Notes: generated by a model from the sequence alone, not told the origin. 64,000 bases of DNA from Erysipelotrichaceae bacterium (GCA_030525525.1 JAUNEN010000001.1:30934-94933); one strand, 5' to 3'; positions 54,310 through 64,000 are shown, counted from the stretch's first letter. Numbers and translations: made by a program.

Positions 54310-55668
54310 ATGAGCGAAACAGCTTCCTACAATACCGGCGAGCTTTTCAAAGAAACAATCCGCATGGCATGGCCAGCGCTGCTGGAAAGTTTCTTTGTGG
54401 CACTTGCAGGTATGATCGACACCATGATGGTCTCCACCCTGGGAACCTATGCGGTCGCTGCCGTAGGCCTGACCACCCAGCCCAAATTTATCACTCTGGC
54501 CATATTCTTTTCGATCAATGTCTCCGTCAGTGCGTTAGTCGCAAGAAGACGCGGACAGGCTGATCAGAGAAGCGCCAACGAAATCCTTCTGACAGCACTG
54601 ATTCTCACATTGCTGTTCTGTGCAATCCTGAGTATCCTGACTGTCATATTCGCTTCCCCGATCATTTCCCTGTGCGGTTCCAACGCAGACACCCATGATC
54701 CGGCCGTGCTGTACTTCCGCACCATACAGGCAGGCATGATCTTCAACGTTCTGTCACTCTGTATCAACGCTGCCCAGCGTGGTTCAGGAAACACAAAGAT
54801 TGCGATGACGACCAACATCACCTCATCAATTGTCAACATCATCTTTAATTATCTTCTGATCGGCGGAAACTTCGGTTTCCCGAAATGGGGTGTCTTCGGT
54901 GCAGCATTCGCAACGGTACTCGGAACAGTTGCCGCAAGCATCATGAGCGTGCGTTCGCTCTTCTCCAAAAACAGCTATGTCTCCATTCCTTTCATCAGAA
55001 AAGAAAAGATCCGCTCTCAGGGTGAATCGCTTCTCTCCATTCTGAAGCTCGGCTCAAACATGCTGGTTGAAAACATCGCCATGCGTGTCGGTTTCGTTGT
55101 CACGGCCGTGCTTGCCGCAAAACTCGGTACGGACGCTTTCGCAGCCCATCAGGTCGGCATGAACTTCCTGTCGCTCGGCTTCTCGTTCGGTGACGGTATG
55201 CAGGTGGCTGCGGTAGCCCTGATCGGCAGATCGCTCGGCGAAGGAAAACCGGATAAAGCAAAACTCTACGGCAGCTTATGTCAGAGAACAGGTCTTGGAA
55301 TTTCGTTTGTTCTGGCGATTATATTGTTCCTCTTCGGCAGGAATCTCTTCTCTCTCTTCTTTACGGACCCGGCAGTTCTTGATATGGGCGTGCTGATCAG
55401 TAAATACATCATCGTCATCATCCTCTTCCAGATTTCCCAGATCATCTTCGGCGGGTGTCTCAGAGGTGCAGGTGATATGAGATATTGTCTGTTTGCATCA
55501 CTGATCAGTGTCACCCTCATCAGATCAATCGTCACATGGGGTCTCACCAGTGTGATTGCACTCGGACTCCATGGCATCTGGATCGGTATTCTTTCCGACC
55601 AGCTCTCCCGCTTCATCTTCCTCTCGCTCCGTTTCAAAGAAGGATCGTGGGCAAAAATCCGCATCTGA
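54310..55668 (+). CDS. MATE family efflux transporter
   Basis: MAWP...IDTMMVSTLG..AVAAVG, QRGSGNTK, RGAGD. Start refined to MSETASY; the track's upstream extension overlaps the divergent gene. Confidence 0.9.
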   Translation: MSETASYNTGELFKETIRMAWPALLESFFVALAGMIDTMMVSTLGTYAVAAVGLTTQPKFITLAIFFSINVSVSALVARRRGQADQRSANEILLTALILTLLFCAILSILTVIFASPIISLCGSNADTHDPAVLYFRTIQAGMIFNVLSLCINAAQRGSGNTKIAMTTNITSSIVNIIFNYLLIGGNFGFPKWGVFGAAFATVLGTVAASIMSVRSLFSKNSYVSIPFIRKEKIRSQGESLLSILKLGSNMLVENIAMRVGFVVTAVLAAKLGTDAFAAHQVGMNFLSLGFSFGDGMQVAAVALIGRSLGEGKPDKAKLYGSLCQRTGLGISFVLAIILFLFGRNLFSLFFTDPAVLDMGVLISKYIIVIILFQISQIIFGGCLRGAGDMRYCLFASLISVTLIRSIVTWGLTSVIALGLHGIWIGILSDQLSRFIFLSLRFKEGSWAKIRI

Positions 55669-55680
55669 TTTTCCATTCTC

Positions 55681-55708
55681 ACGGAGAGTTTGTGTCTCTC
55701 CGTTTTTT
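55681..55708 (+). terminator. Terminator after the MATE gene
   Basis: ACGGAGAG-7nt-CTCTCCGT-TTTTT. Confidence 0.8.
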
Positions 55709-55763
55709 GTTGCATGAATTCATGCATGTCTGTTAACATGAGAAAACGAAAGTGAGTAAAACC

Positions 55764-56429
55764 ATGAGCAGATATACGGCAGCCCTCTTTGATCTTGACG
55801 GAACTTTGACAGCCTCCGCAGAAGGTATCATCAAATCGTTTCGCTATGCCTTTGAAAAAATGAATCTTCCTCTGGATGAAACAAGAGATCTTTCGGTTGT
55901 GATCGGGCCTCCCCTGAAAGGATCGTTTGCCGCTTTCGGCGTTCCTGAAGAAAGACTCGATGAAGCAGTCACCGCCTACAGAGAGCGCTACAACACAATC
56001 GGCAAATATGAAAACGAGCCCTTTGAAGGAATCAGGGAACTGTTAGGGAGATTAAAGGAAGCAGGAGTGAAGCTTTATGTTGCCACCAGCAAGCCTGAAG
56101 CAATGGCCCTCGATATTCTCAATCATTTTGATCTGGTAAAGTATTTTGACGAGATTGCAGGCGCCACTCTCGGGGATTCCCGCAGCTCGAAAAAAGATGT
56201 CATCCTGTACCTGCTGAACAAAACTGAAATCAAGGGTAATACGGTGATGGTCGGCGATACAGCCTTTGATATCATCGGTGCCCGTGAAGCAGGAATCGAA
56301 GCGATCGGCGTGAGCTGGGGATACGGAACCATCGAATCCATGCGTGAAGCAGAGCCGCTTGCCATTGTGAATACAATGGATGAATTATATGAAATGATCG
56401 TCAATACGAAGAAAGCAGAATCCCGATGA
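55764..56429 (+). CDS. HAD-IA hydrolase (phosphoglycolate phosphatase/5'-nucleotidase-like)
   Basis: FDLDGTL, VATSK, MVGDTAFD, WGYG. Confidence 0.88.
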   Translation: MSRYTAALFDLDGTLTASAEGIIKSFRYAFEKMNLPLDETRDLSVVIGPPLKGSFAAFGVPEERLDEAVTAYRERYNTIGKYENEPFEGIRELLGRLKEAGVKLYVATSKPEAMALDILNHFDLVKYFDEIAGATLGDSRSSKKDVILYLLNKTEIKGNTVMVGDTAFDIIGAREAGIEAIGVSWGYGTIESMREAEPLAIVNTMDELYEMIVNTKKAESR

Positions 56430-56443
56430 GATTCTGCTTTTTC
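56412..56443. terminator. Bidirectional terminator between HAD and ABC genes
   Basis: AAAGCAGAATC-7nt-GATTCTGCTTT. Confidence 0.75.
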
Positions 56444-56449
56444 AATGGA

Positions 56450-58240
56450 CTATTCAAACTGGCTTGCGTAAAGACGGTAGTATGTTCCCTTTGCCTTCAT
56501 CAGCTCATCATGTGTTCCCGATTCCACCATGTCGCCATGGTCCATGACCAGAATATGATCGGCATTCTGTATGGTGGAAAGACGATGGGCAATGACAAAG
56601 GATGTTTTGCCCTTCATCAGGGAACGGATCGCTTTCTGAACCTGTCTTTCGGTTGTTGTATCAACGTTGGAAGTTGCTTCATCAAGAATCAGCATGTTGG
56701 TGTTGTAGAGCATTGCCCTTGCAATTGTCAGCAGCTGTTTCTGTCCTTTTGAAATATTGCCGCCGTCTTCCGTCACAACCGTGTCATAGCCGGCCGGAGA
56801 GCGCATGATGTAGTTATGGATTCTGGCTGCTTTGGCAGCTGCCACAACCTCCTCCATGGTCGCCCCTTCCTTGCCGTAGGCAATATTGTCGAATATGGTT
56901 CCCTGGAAAACCCATGTATCCTGAAGAACCATTGCATAGTTTCTTCTTAAGCTCTCCATGGTATATGTGTTATGCGGTTTCCCGTCCACCCTGAATTCAC
57001 CGGAATCAGGATCATAGAAGCGCATCAGCAGATTGATGATCGTTGTCTTGCCGGCACCTGTATGGCCGACAATCGCAATCGTCTCACCCGGTTTTGCCGT
57101 AAAGCTGAGATCATGAAGAACTGTTTTGTCAGGCAGATATCCGAATTTCACATGTTCGGCTTCCACCATGCCTTCTGCCTCTTTAAGAACTTCCGCATTT
57201 TCGATATCGGCAGTTTCCTCAGGCTGATCAAGCAGCTGGAAGACACGTTCCGCAGCTGCGAGAGCACTGAAGATCTCGTTGACGATATTTGAGATTTCAT
57301 TGATCGGGCCGGAGAATTTGCGGCTGTAAAGAACAAAGCTTGAAATCTGTTCAAGGCCGACAATCCCGTTCATATACAGAACCGCCCCACCCATGCCGAT
57401 GGCAGCCAAGCCGATATTGGAGATCATACCGATTGTCGGTCCCATGGTCATACCCATGCTGTCGGCATTTTTATATGCTTCGGCTGCATTTCTGTTGATT
57501 TCAGAAAATTCTTTTGCACTGACGTCTTCATGGGCATAGGCAAGAATGGTTTTCTGACCGGTGAACATCTCTTCCGCAAAGCCGTTCATACGGCCGTAGG
57601 AAGCACTTCTTTTGCGGTAGAGAGGACGGGTGATTTTGCTCATTCTGCGGGTGAACCAGATCGAAACCGGAATCGTGAAGATCATGCAGAATACAAGCGG
57701 TACAGAGATCGAGCACATGATGATGAAACTGCCGGCCACGGTCACCGTACTTGTCAGAATGTGAATCACATCCGAAGAAAGGCTTGTCGTCACAACATCG
57801 ATGTCATAGGAAACACGGCTGATGATATCGCCTGCCTGGTTGCGGTCGAAATAGCTGACCGGAAGTTTCATGAGCTTGTTGAAAACATCCCGTCTCATAT
57901 TCTCGGCAACTTTGCGGCCGACTCTTGCCATTGAAATACTGATGATGAAGGAAAGCACATTCGAACCGACATATGCAATCAGCATCAGCATTGCATAATG
58001 TCCGACTGTCTCCATATCCACGTGTCCCGGTCCGAGCCGGTATCCTGCTTCGGCTGCACCGATTGCTTTTCCGGCAAAGCGGGGTCCCAGAAGATTTCCG
58101 AGATTGCTTAACAAGGCACAGCATAACAGAAACAAAACGACCCATTTATAAACCATCAGATACCTGATAATTCTGATCAGGGTGCCTTTGGCGTCTCTTG
58201 GTTTTTCTTTTTTACCTCCGCGGTCACCTCTTCCCGGCAT
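56450..58240 (-). CDS. Heterodimeric ABC exporter, TM288-like subunit
   Basis: GHTGAGKT, ISKGQKQ, LILDEATS, AHRLS; AGGAGG SD before 58240. Confidence 0.9.
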   Translation of the reverse strand: MPGRGDRGGKKEKPRDAKGTLIRIIRYLMVYKWVVLFLLCCALLSNLGNLLGPRFAGKAIGAAEAGYRLGPGHVDMETVGHYAMLMLIAYVGSNVLSFIISISMARVGRKVAENMRRDVFNKLMKLPVSYFDRNQAGDIISRVSYDIDVVTTSLSSDVIHILTSTVTVAGSFIIMCSISVPLVFCMIFTIPVSIWFTRRMSKITRPLYRKRSASYGRMNGFAEEMFTGQKTILAYAHEDVSAKEFSEINRNAAEAYKNADSMGMTMGPTIGMISNIGLAAIGMGGAVLYMNGIVGLEQISSFVLYSRKFSGPINEISNIVNEIFSALAAAERVFQLLDQPEETADIENAEVLKEAEGMVEAEHVKFGYLPDKTVLHDLSFTAKPGETIAIVGHTGAGKTTIINLLMRFYDPDSGEFRVDGKPHNTYTMESLRRNYAMVLQDTWVFQGTIFDNIAYGKEGATMEEVVAAAKAARIHNYIMRSPAGYDTVVTEDGGNISKGQKQLLTIARAMLYNTNMLILDEATSNVDTTTERQVQKAIRSLMKGKTSFVIAHRLSTIQNADHILVMDHGDMVESGTHDELMKAKGTYYRLYASQFE

Positions 58241-58255
58241 AGGCTGCACCTCCTT

Positions 58256-60013
58256 TCATTCGTTCATATCCCCCATCTGGATCTCATACGTCTCACGATA
58301 CGGAGCGCAGGTTTTCATGAGTGTTTCATGATCGCCGTATCCGATGCATTTTCCGTTGTCGAGAACCAGAATCTTTGTCATATTCATGACGCTTGAAACT
58401 CTCTGCGCAATCATGATCAGTGTTGAATCCGGATAGCTTTCCGTGATTGATCTGCGCATGGCGGCGTCTGTCTTATAGTCAAGGGCACTGGAACTGTCAT
58501 CAAGGACCAGGATTTCCGGAGAAGCCGCCAGTGCTCTGGCAACAAGAATTCTCTGTTTCTGTCCTCCCGAAAGATTAGCGCCCTTGATTGCGGCTTCATA
58601 GGCAAGTCCTTCGTCAATACTCTGTATAAATTCAAGTGCCTGTGCACTTTCAACAGCTGTCTCAATTTTTTCTTCTTCAATTCCTCTGCCGAAATTGATA
58701 TTTTCATGCAGTGTATCCTGGAAGATCATGTCATTCTGGAATACAGTACCGAATTTTCTGCGCAGCTCCTGTTTCTGATAAGCGCCGATTTTTCTGCCGT
58801 CAATGCGGATTTCGCCGCTGTCGGCATCATAGAAATTCATCATCAGATTGATGATTGTCGTCTTGCCGCAGCCGGTCGGGCCGATGATTCCGAGACTCTC
58901 GCCTTTCTTCACCGTGAAGCTGATATCATCCAGTGCATTTTCACGCTGTTCGCCGGCAAATGCTTTTGTTTCATGGGTGATGCTTTCGCCGTATGCAAAA
59001 TTCACATGATCAAAGGCAATCACTTCATCACTGTCCGGTTCTGAATCATCTTCAATGACGCTTGTCCCGAGATCCGGTTCCAGCAGAACCGCATGGATTC
59101 TGTCTGCCGAAGCACTGGCCTTGGACATGGTCATAAAGATTCTGTTCAGACCCATAACACCCATTGCGATCATATTGAAATATGTCAGGAAGGCCAGAAT
59201 GACACCCGGCTTCATCAGACCTGCATTGACACGCTGTGCTCCGATGAACACAACCGCAGTCAGTCCGATATTCAGTGCCATCTGCATGAGCGGTCCGGGA
59301 ATCGCCATGACCGTCACCGCTGCCACATCGCTTTTCATCATTTCGTGATTTGCTTTGGCAAAGCGGTTCATTTCGTAGGATTCCTTGCTGAGGGCTCTCA
59401 CCACACGGATGCCGGTGATGCTTTCACGCATGAGTCTGACCACAACATCGAGTTTCTCCTGTACTTTTCTGTACATCGGAATGCCGCGCGAAGAGACAAA
59501 CAGAATGACGGCAATCAGTACCGGCAGGATCACAACCATGATCATTGCCATGTGCCAGTCCATAAAGGATGCGACCATCACACCGCCGACTAACATAATC
59601 GGAGCTCTGACGCAGAGCGTCTGAAACTGCTGAACTGCCTGCTGCACATTGTAGCTGTCGCTTGTCATACGTGAAATCAGGGAAGGAAGCGAAAAGCTGT
59701 CAAACTGCGCTCCGGTCAATGAGATCGTCTTTTCAAACAGAGACTGTCTGACTTCATAGCTGATCCGATGGGCATTGTCGATTGCCTTGCGGTTGGCTTT
59801 CACATTGAACAACCGGCAGAGGAATGCTGTCACAAACATTCCCGAACCCCATAAAAGCACCAGGGGCAGGTTGCCTGAAGGAACGACATTGTCGATGATG
59901 TGCTCCAGGATATACGGCAATAACAGTTCACTCAGCGTTCCGATCAGCTTGATGAAAATGGCGACGGCAACAGCTGCTTTATATTTATTCAGATATGAAA
60001 AAATCAGTTTCAT
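58256..60013 (-). CDS. Heterodimeric ABC exporter, TM287-like degenerate subunit
   Basis: GPTGCGKT, LSGGQKQ, ILVLDDS (no catalytic Glu), IAQR (no switch His). Confidence 0.9.
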   Translation of the reverse strand: MKLIFSYLNKYKAAVAVAIFIKLIGTLSELLLPYILEHIIDNVVPSGNLPLVLLWGSGMFVTAFLCRLFNVKANRKAIDNAHRISYEVRQSLFEKTISLTGAQFDSFSLPSLISRMTSDSYNVQQAVQQFQTLCVRAPIMLVGGVMVASFMDWHMAMIMVVILPVLIAVILFVSSRGIPMYRKVQEKLDVVVRLMRESITGIRVVRALSKESYEMNRFAKANHEMMKSDVAAVTVMAIPGPLMQMALNIGLTAVVFIGAQRVNAGLMKPGVILAFLTYFNMIAMGVMGLNRIFMTMSKASASADRIHAVLLEPDLGTSVIEDDSEPDSDEVIAFDHVNFAYGESITHETKAFAGEQRENALDDISFTVKKGESLGIIGPTGCGKTTIINLMMNFYDADSGEIRIDGRKIGAYQKQELRRKFGTVFQNDMIFQDTLHENINFGRGIEEEKIETAVESAQALEFIQSIDEGLAYEAAIKGANLSGGQKQRILVARALAASPEILVLDDSSSALDYKTDAAMRRSITESYPDSTLIMIAQRVSSVMNMTKILVLDNGKCIGYGDHETLMKTCAPYRETYEIQMGDMNE

Positions 60014-60477
60014 CTGCCGCCTCCCTTCTGCTCGTCATAACCGAGAAAATCGATATCTTCCTGCCCGTTTTCATACAGCTTCTCAAGAATCTTTCTCAGC
60101 TGCATGCGTTCCTCTTCATTCAGAACTTCAAACAGTCTGTCATCTTTCTGTTTCACGATTTCCTGCCGTTTCTCTCTTCCCTTTTCAGTGATTTTCAGAA
60201 CGGCATTTCTTCTGTCGTTTTCGTCCCTGCTTTTTTCGATATACCCTTTGTCAAGCAGCTTCGTGCAGAGTTCGCTCAGGCTGCCGCACTTGATATCCAG
60301 AATTTCCTGAATCTTCTTCTGGGAGGTCGGTCCCATTTCATCCAGCAGTCCGAGCAATCTTTGCTGGGAGTATCCCGGCTGCATATGCGTACGAAGTTTT
60401 CTGACCGTCCTGAAGAACAGCTGAGTCAGAGAACCGTCCGGTGCAAGCCTGTATTTCTGTTTGTTTTCATTGCTCAT
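60010..60477 (-). CDS. MarR family transcriptional regulator
   Basis: Winged-helix pattern SQ..IQEILDI..GSLSEL..KL..KGYIEK.RDENDRR; ATGA overlap with the ABC gene. Confidence 0.9.
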   Translation of the reverse strand: MSNENKQKYRLAPDGSLTQLFFRTVRKLRTHMQPGYSQQRLLGLLDEMGPTSQKKIQEILDIKCGSLSELCTKLLDKGYIEKSRDENDRRNAVLKITEKGREKRQEIVKQKDDRLFEVLNEEERMQLRKILEKLYENGQEDIDFLGYDEQKGGGR

Positions 60478-60577
60478 ACAGATCTCCAAAAAACAGGGAT
60501 ATCCTATCACTGAAACCGCCAGATATCAAGGTACCTAATTATCATTCGTGCATGAGTGCGTACTTTCCTTTGAAACG

Positions 60578-60613
60578 AAAAAAAAGGAAGCTCACATCTG
60601 TTGTGAACTCCCC
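60578..60613 (-). terminator. Terminator after the esterase gene
   Basis: GGAGTTCACA-ACAGA-TGTGAGCTTCC plus T-run on the minus strand. Confidence 0.75.
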
Positions 60614-60633
60614 TTATCTGAACGCTGATGCCT

Positions 60634-61560
60634 TCAGTTTTTCAGGTGATTTTCAATCAGCGAAACAACATAATCTTCGCCGTCTTTCCATTCATCCATC
60701 AGATTGATCAGGAAGCCGTGCCGGCTGTCTTCAAACCTTCTGAGTGTCACGGAAATATCCGCCTCTGCCAGCTTTTTTGCATAGGCTTCGCCTTCTTCGC
60801 AAAGGTTGTCCATACGGCAGGTCAGAATATCTGTCGGCGGCAGATTGCAGAGATCTTCCTCACCTGCAAACAGCAGAGATACATCGCTGTTTTTTCTATC
60901 TTCAAAATTGCGGTTGTAGAAGAAACCGTAATACTCGGTACTCTTTCCGCGCTCATCCAGCTCGCCGCCGTGGAAATGATCATTGTAATTATCCGTCGGC
61001 AGATAGCAGAGAATCTGTGCCCTGATCTTAAGATCATGGCTGAAGCGTTTGCGCTGGGTCACTGCACCGGCAAGATTGCCGCCGGCACTCTGTCCGCACA
61101 GGATCACATTTTCCGGATCGCCTCCCCACTCTTTCAGATGCTGAGGAAGTACATTGAAGAATGCTTCGATTTCTTCAATGGCAGCCGGATACGGATGTTC
61201 GGGTGCCAGAACATAATCAATATCGACAATCAATGCATGCAGTCTTGACGCAAGTCTTCTGCAGAAGTAAAGATCTCTTTCACCATGTGCAGCCGTCCAG
61301 CCGCCGCCGTGAATATTGATCACAACCGGAAGCGGGTCTAAACGCCTGTCGGTTTCACTGACCAGGAATATATGAGTTTTTCCGAATGAAGTTTCAATCT
61401 GCATTTCCTTTGCCTCTGTCACATCATCCAGAGTACGGAACTGCTTCACAATTTCAGCCGGAAGTCTTTTTTCGGCTGCCTCACGGCTTTTTGCGGCGAT
61501 TTCATACAGCTGCTCTTCGCTTAATGTGCGGCAGCTTTCAATAAATTCAGCTCTGTTCAT
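60634..61560 (-). CDS. Alpha/beta hydrolase fold-3 (HSL-family) esterase
   Basis: IHGGGW, DY.LAPEHPYPAA, GQSAGG nucleophile, D.L and HGF triad residues. Confidence 0.9.
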   Translation of the reverse strand: MNRAEFIESCRTLSEEQLYEIAAKSREAAEKRLPAEIVKQFRTLDDVTEAKEMQIETSFGKTHIFLVSETDRRLDPLPVVINIHGGGWTAAHGERDLYFCRRLASRLHALIVDIDYVLAPEHPYPAAIEEIEAFFNVLPQHLKEWGGDPENVILCGQSAGGNLAGAVTQRKRFSHDLKIRAQILCYLPTDNYNDHFHGGELDERGKSTEYYGFFYNRNFEDRKNSDVSLLFAGEEDLCNLPPTDILTCRMDNLCEEGEAYAKKLAEADISVTLRRFEDSRHGFLINLMDEWKDGEDYVVSLIENHLKN

Positions 61561-61571
61561 CGTTTTTTCCC

Positions 61572-62714
61572 TTACACATCGTAAACGGAACCGTCATAGG
61601 CAATCTGTGCAGAAATACTGCGTGCTTTCGCCGGGAACCGTTCGGTGATATCATCTGCCAGTTCAATTCCGATACCCGGTCTGTCGGGGATCAGAATATA
61701 TCCCTTTTCCTCAACCAGCGGTTCCTTCGTCATTTCGCTTTCATTTCCCTGATGATAGAAAGAAGGGAATTCCTGAATCGCAAAATTGGGAATCGCCGCA
61801 TCCAGCTGCAGACAGGCTGCCGTGGAGACAGGGCCGAGCGGATTATGCGGTACGATCTTGCAGTAGTTGGCTTCCGCCATCGCGGCAACTTTCTTGGACG
61901 GGGTCAGACCGCCGAGAGCACAGACATCCGGACGGACGTATCTTGCAGCCTGCAGTCTGAAAATTGTTTCAAATTCCTGGATGTTGATGAACCTCTCGCC
62001 GGTCGCAACCGGGATTGCTGTTCTCTTTGCAATATCCGCCATTGTCTCAGGAGAATCCGGTCCGATCGGATCTTCAAGGAACAGAGGTCTGTACTATTCA
62101 ACGCCTTTTGCAAAAGCGAGAGCTTCCATCGGATCCATGCTGCGGTGACATTCGAGAATCATATCGAAATCATCTCCGACCGCTTCTCTGACAGCTTTTA
62201 CGATTGCAATATAATCCGATACTTTTGCATTGTAGATACTGGATCTGCGTTCTGCCTGTTTCAGACGGATATCTCCCGTAATCATCAGTCTTGCCGCATC
62301 AAAGCCGGATTCTTTCAGTTCAGCACAGCGCTTTGCGATATCTTCGGGTGTGAACTTGAAGACTGCTTCATAGCTTCTGACTTTGTCACGGCATTTGCCG
62401 CCAAGCAGTTCATACACAGGAACGCCAAGCGCCTTCCCTTTGATATCCCACAATGCGATGTCCACTGCCGAAAGTGCACTCATGAGAATGGAACCGCGGA
62501 AATACATGCTGCGGTAGAGATACTGCCAGTGATGTTCAATTCTGAAGGGATCCTGGCCGATCAGATAATCTTCAAACTTTTTCAGAACACCGATGCAGCC
62601 GTCAAGATAGCCCCATGCGCCGACTTCGCCGGTGCCGTGGATCCCTGCATCCGTATGAATTCTGATAAAGAGATATTTGCTGGCGGGAACAAGTTCAATT
62701 GATGTAATTTTCAT
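61572..62714 (-). pseudogene. Galactonate dehydratase-like enolase-superfamily gene interrupted by an in-frame TAG (62094-62096)
   Basis: Track ORFs 62094..62741 and 61572..62042 share one frame: ...AKGVE-TAG-YRPLFLEDPIGPDSPETMAD...; motifs FRIEHHWQYLYR, SAVDIALWDIKGK, PVYELLGG, ECH, EDP, TGER, PHNP; about 381 codons joined. Confidence 0.85.
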
Positions 62715-62747
62715 ATGAATGCTCCTTTTATTTCTGATCAATCATGA

Positions 62748-64000
62748 TCATCCGAACAGCGGGAACGCTGTCATTGTCCAGAGAACCGTGACAATGCAGA
62801 AGAGCACGGCCGGAATCAGTGACTGCTTCACCATATCGCCGAAGGAATAATTGCCTTCAGCCATGATCATCGGCACTGCCGGTGTCGCCATCGGTGTCAT
62901 GAATGCGGTCAGGCATGCTGCCTGAACCATGATGACAATACCGACCGGATTTGCACCCATGCTCTTGCATGCCTGAATTGCGATCGGGATGAAGATCATC
63001 ATGACGCCGCGATTCTGCATCACCTGGGTCAGAAGGAACGGTACAAGGAAGAATACCAGGCCGATGATATAAGGATTGCCGACACTGCGGGCAACGGAAG
63101 CGATTGCATCACCGATCAGCTGACCTGCTCCGGAGTTTGCAAGAGCACCTGACATTGCCATTGCACCGACAAACAGCAGATACATCGAAAGATTCAGAGT
63201 TCTGAGTGCTTCTTTGCCTTTCAGTACGCCGCAGGCAACCATGAGAACGGCACCGATGAAACAGATCAGCCAGGTCGGAGCAGTCAGAACGGAATTGATC
63301 TGTCTCTGGAACAGAAGAGCAATTGTGACTGCAAAGAAGATAATGTAGCCGGCTGCTTCCTGGAACGGCGGCAGTGCAGGTTTTTCTTCAGGCTTTCTTC
63401 CCTTTTCAAGGGCAGCTCCGCTGTTTTCAACTTTATGATCCGGAGCGAACTTTGAAGCAAAGAAGACACACCAGATGATACATACGATGACAAGCGGGAA
63501 ACGTGCTTTCATCGGGTCAGTCAGAGCAACCGTGAAATCGGTATATTCACTGGCGGTAAGATATCCGTTCAGCTCGGCAGCGACGGTAGCACCGCTTCCG
63601 AGTGGGAAAGCGGAACATGTTGCGATTGCGGAAATTCCGAGCGGGAACATCACTTTGGAGGGACTGACATCCATGCTCTTACATGTTTCGATCATCATCG
63701 GAGCCATAATACCGAAGACAATCATCGGGCTCTGAATGAACTGGCTGAGGATTACCGAAACAAGAACATAGCCGGCCATAACCTTGACCAGTGAGCCTTT
63801 GGCGAATTGATTGACTGAGTTTGCAACAGTCTTGACGAATTTTGTTCTCTGCAGACCGGCTGCCACCACAAACATGGACATGATCATGATGCCGTTGGCG
63901 TTTCCGAAGAAGCCTAATGCTTCCTCCGGTGAAAGACAGCCGAACAGAACAAATGCAGCGAGTGAGATGACTGCGGTAAGAGCCATGGGAATCTTGGCCA
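62748..64000 (-). CDS. SLC13/DASS-type anion permease (5' end beyond the window edge)
   Basis: Highly hydrophobic; FGN..GIMIMSMFVVAAGL, GAMAMSGAL..SGAG..I, FMTPMATP; frame stays open to position 64000. Confidence 0.8.
   Translation of the reverse strand, partial: AKIPMALTAVISLAAFVLFGCLSPEEALGFFGNANGIMIMSMFVVAAGLQRTKFVKTVANSVNQFAKGSLVKVMAGYVLVSVILSQFIQSPMIVFGIMAPMMIETCKSMDVSPSKVMFPLGISAIATCSAFPLGSGATVAAELNGYLTASEYTDFTVALTDPMKARFPLVIVCIIWCVFFASKFAPDHKVENSGAALEKGRKPEEKPALPPFQEAAGYIIFFAVTIALLFQRQINSVLTAPTWLICFIGAVLMVACGVLKGKEALRTLNLSMYLLFVGAMAMSGALANSGAGQLIGDAIASVARSVGNPYIIGLVFFLVPFLLTQVMQNRGVMMIFIPIAIQACKSMGANPVGIVIMVQAACLTAFMTPMATPAVPMIMAEGNYSFGDMVKQSLIPAVLFCIVTVLWTMTAFPLFG

Noticed and set aside
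56450-56452. Possible genome-wide TAG reassignment (TAG rarity plus in-frame TAG)
   Set aside because: The ABC gene ends in TAG at the expected family C-terminus, directly before a terminator, so TAG works as a stop; low TAG use is common in Bacillota.
61752-62702. 316-aa plus-strand ORF spanning the amber site
   Set aside because: Antisense to the dehydratase, with no recognisable motifs or SD; typical codon-bias shadow ORF.
1434-63735. Numerous 60-240 aa overlapping or antisense ORFs in the track
   Set aside because: They lie inside well-supported genes in other frames or strands and lack SDs and motifs.

Overview
Core chromosomal window from an anaerobic Bacillota genome; gene content and SLH/Big_2 surface proteins suggest an Erysipelotrichaceae-like gut or rumen organism (inference only). 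It holds about 48 protein genes and one tRNA-Pro(CGG). I see no CRISPR array, transposase, integrase or prophage gene. Left to right: glycogen/PTS genes (partial glgB missed by the ORF track, pgm, ptsH, malQ); a tightly coupled yybS-gdpP-rplI-dnaB-M23 peptidase-walJ-htrA-like-rlmH run; azlCD; trmD; an orphan CapA; ppk2-NudC-like; a heterodimeric ABC exporter; ppk1 plus a nucleoside kinase; a GNAT-MsrA fusion; tex; a BceAB-like transporter; YibE/F; two SLH-anchored surface proteins (914 aa and 2319 aa); SPFH; GH1; two MATEs; gdhA; an M29 aminopeptidase; HADs; a MarR-ABC exporter; and a SLC13-dehydratase-esterase cluster. Most notable: (1) the HtrA homologue has lost all three catalytic triad residues; (2) the 2319-aa SLH protein combines three double OB-fold-like modules (two from a recent 585-bp duplication), four unnamed beta-rich repeats and an intact PHP metallohydrolase; (3) the BceB-like permease lacks its extracellular domain and has no adjacent two-component system; (4) a 4TM + beta-barrel + SseB fusion; (5) a GNAT-MsrA fusion; (6) an in-frame amber codon splits a galactonate-dehydratase-like gene. 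All family calls come from motif recognition by eye; no database searches were run.
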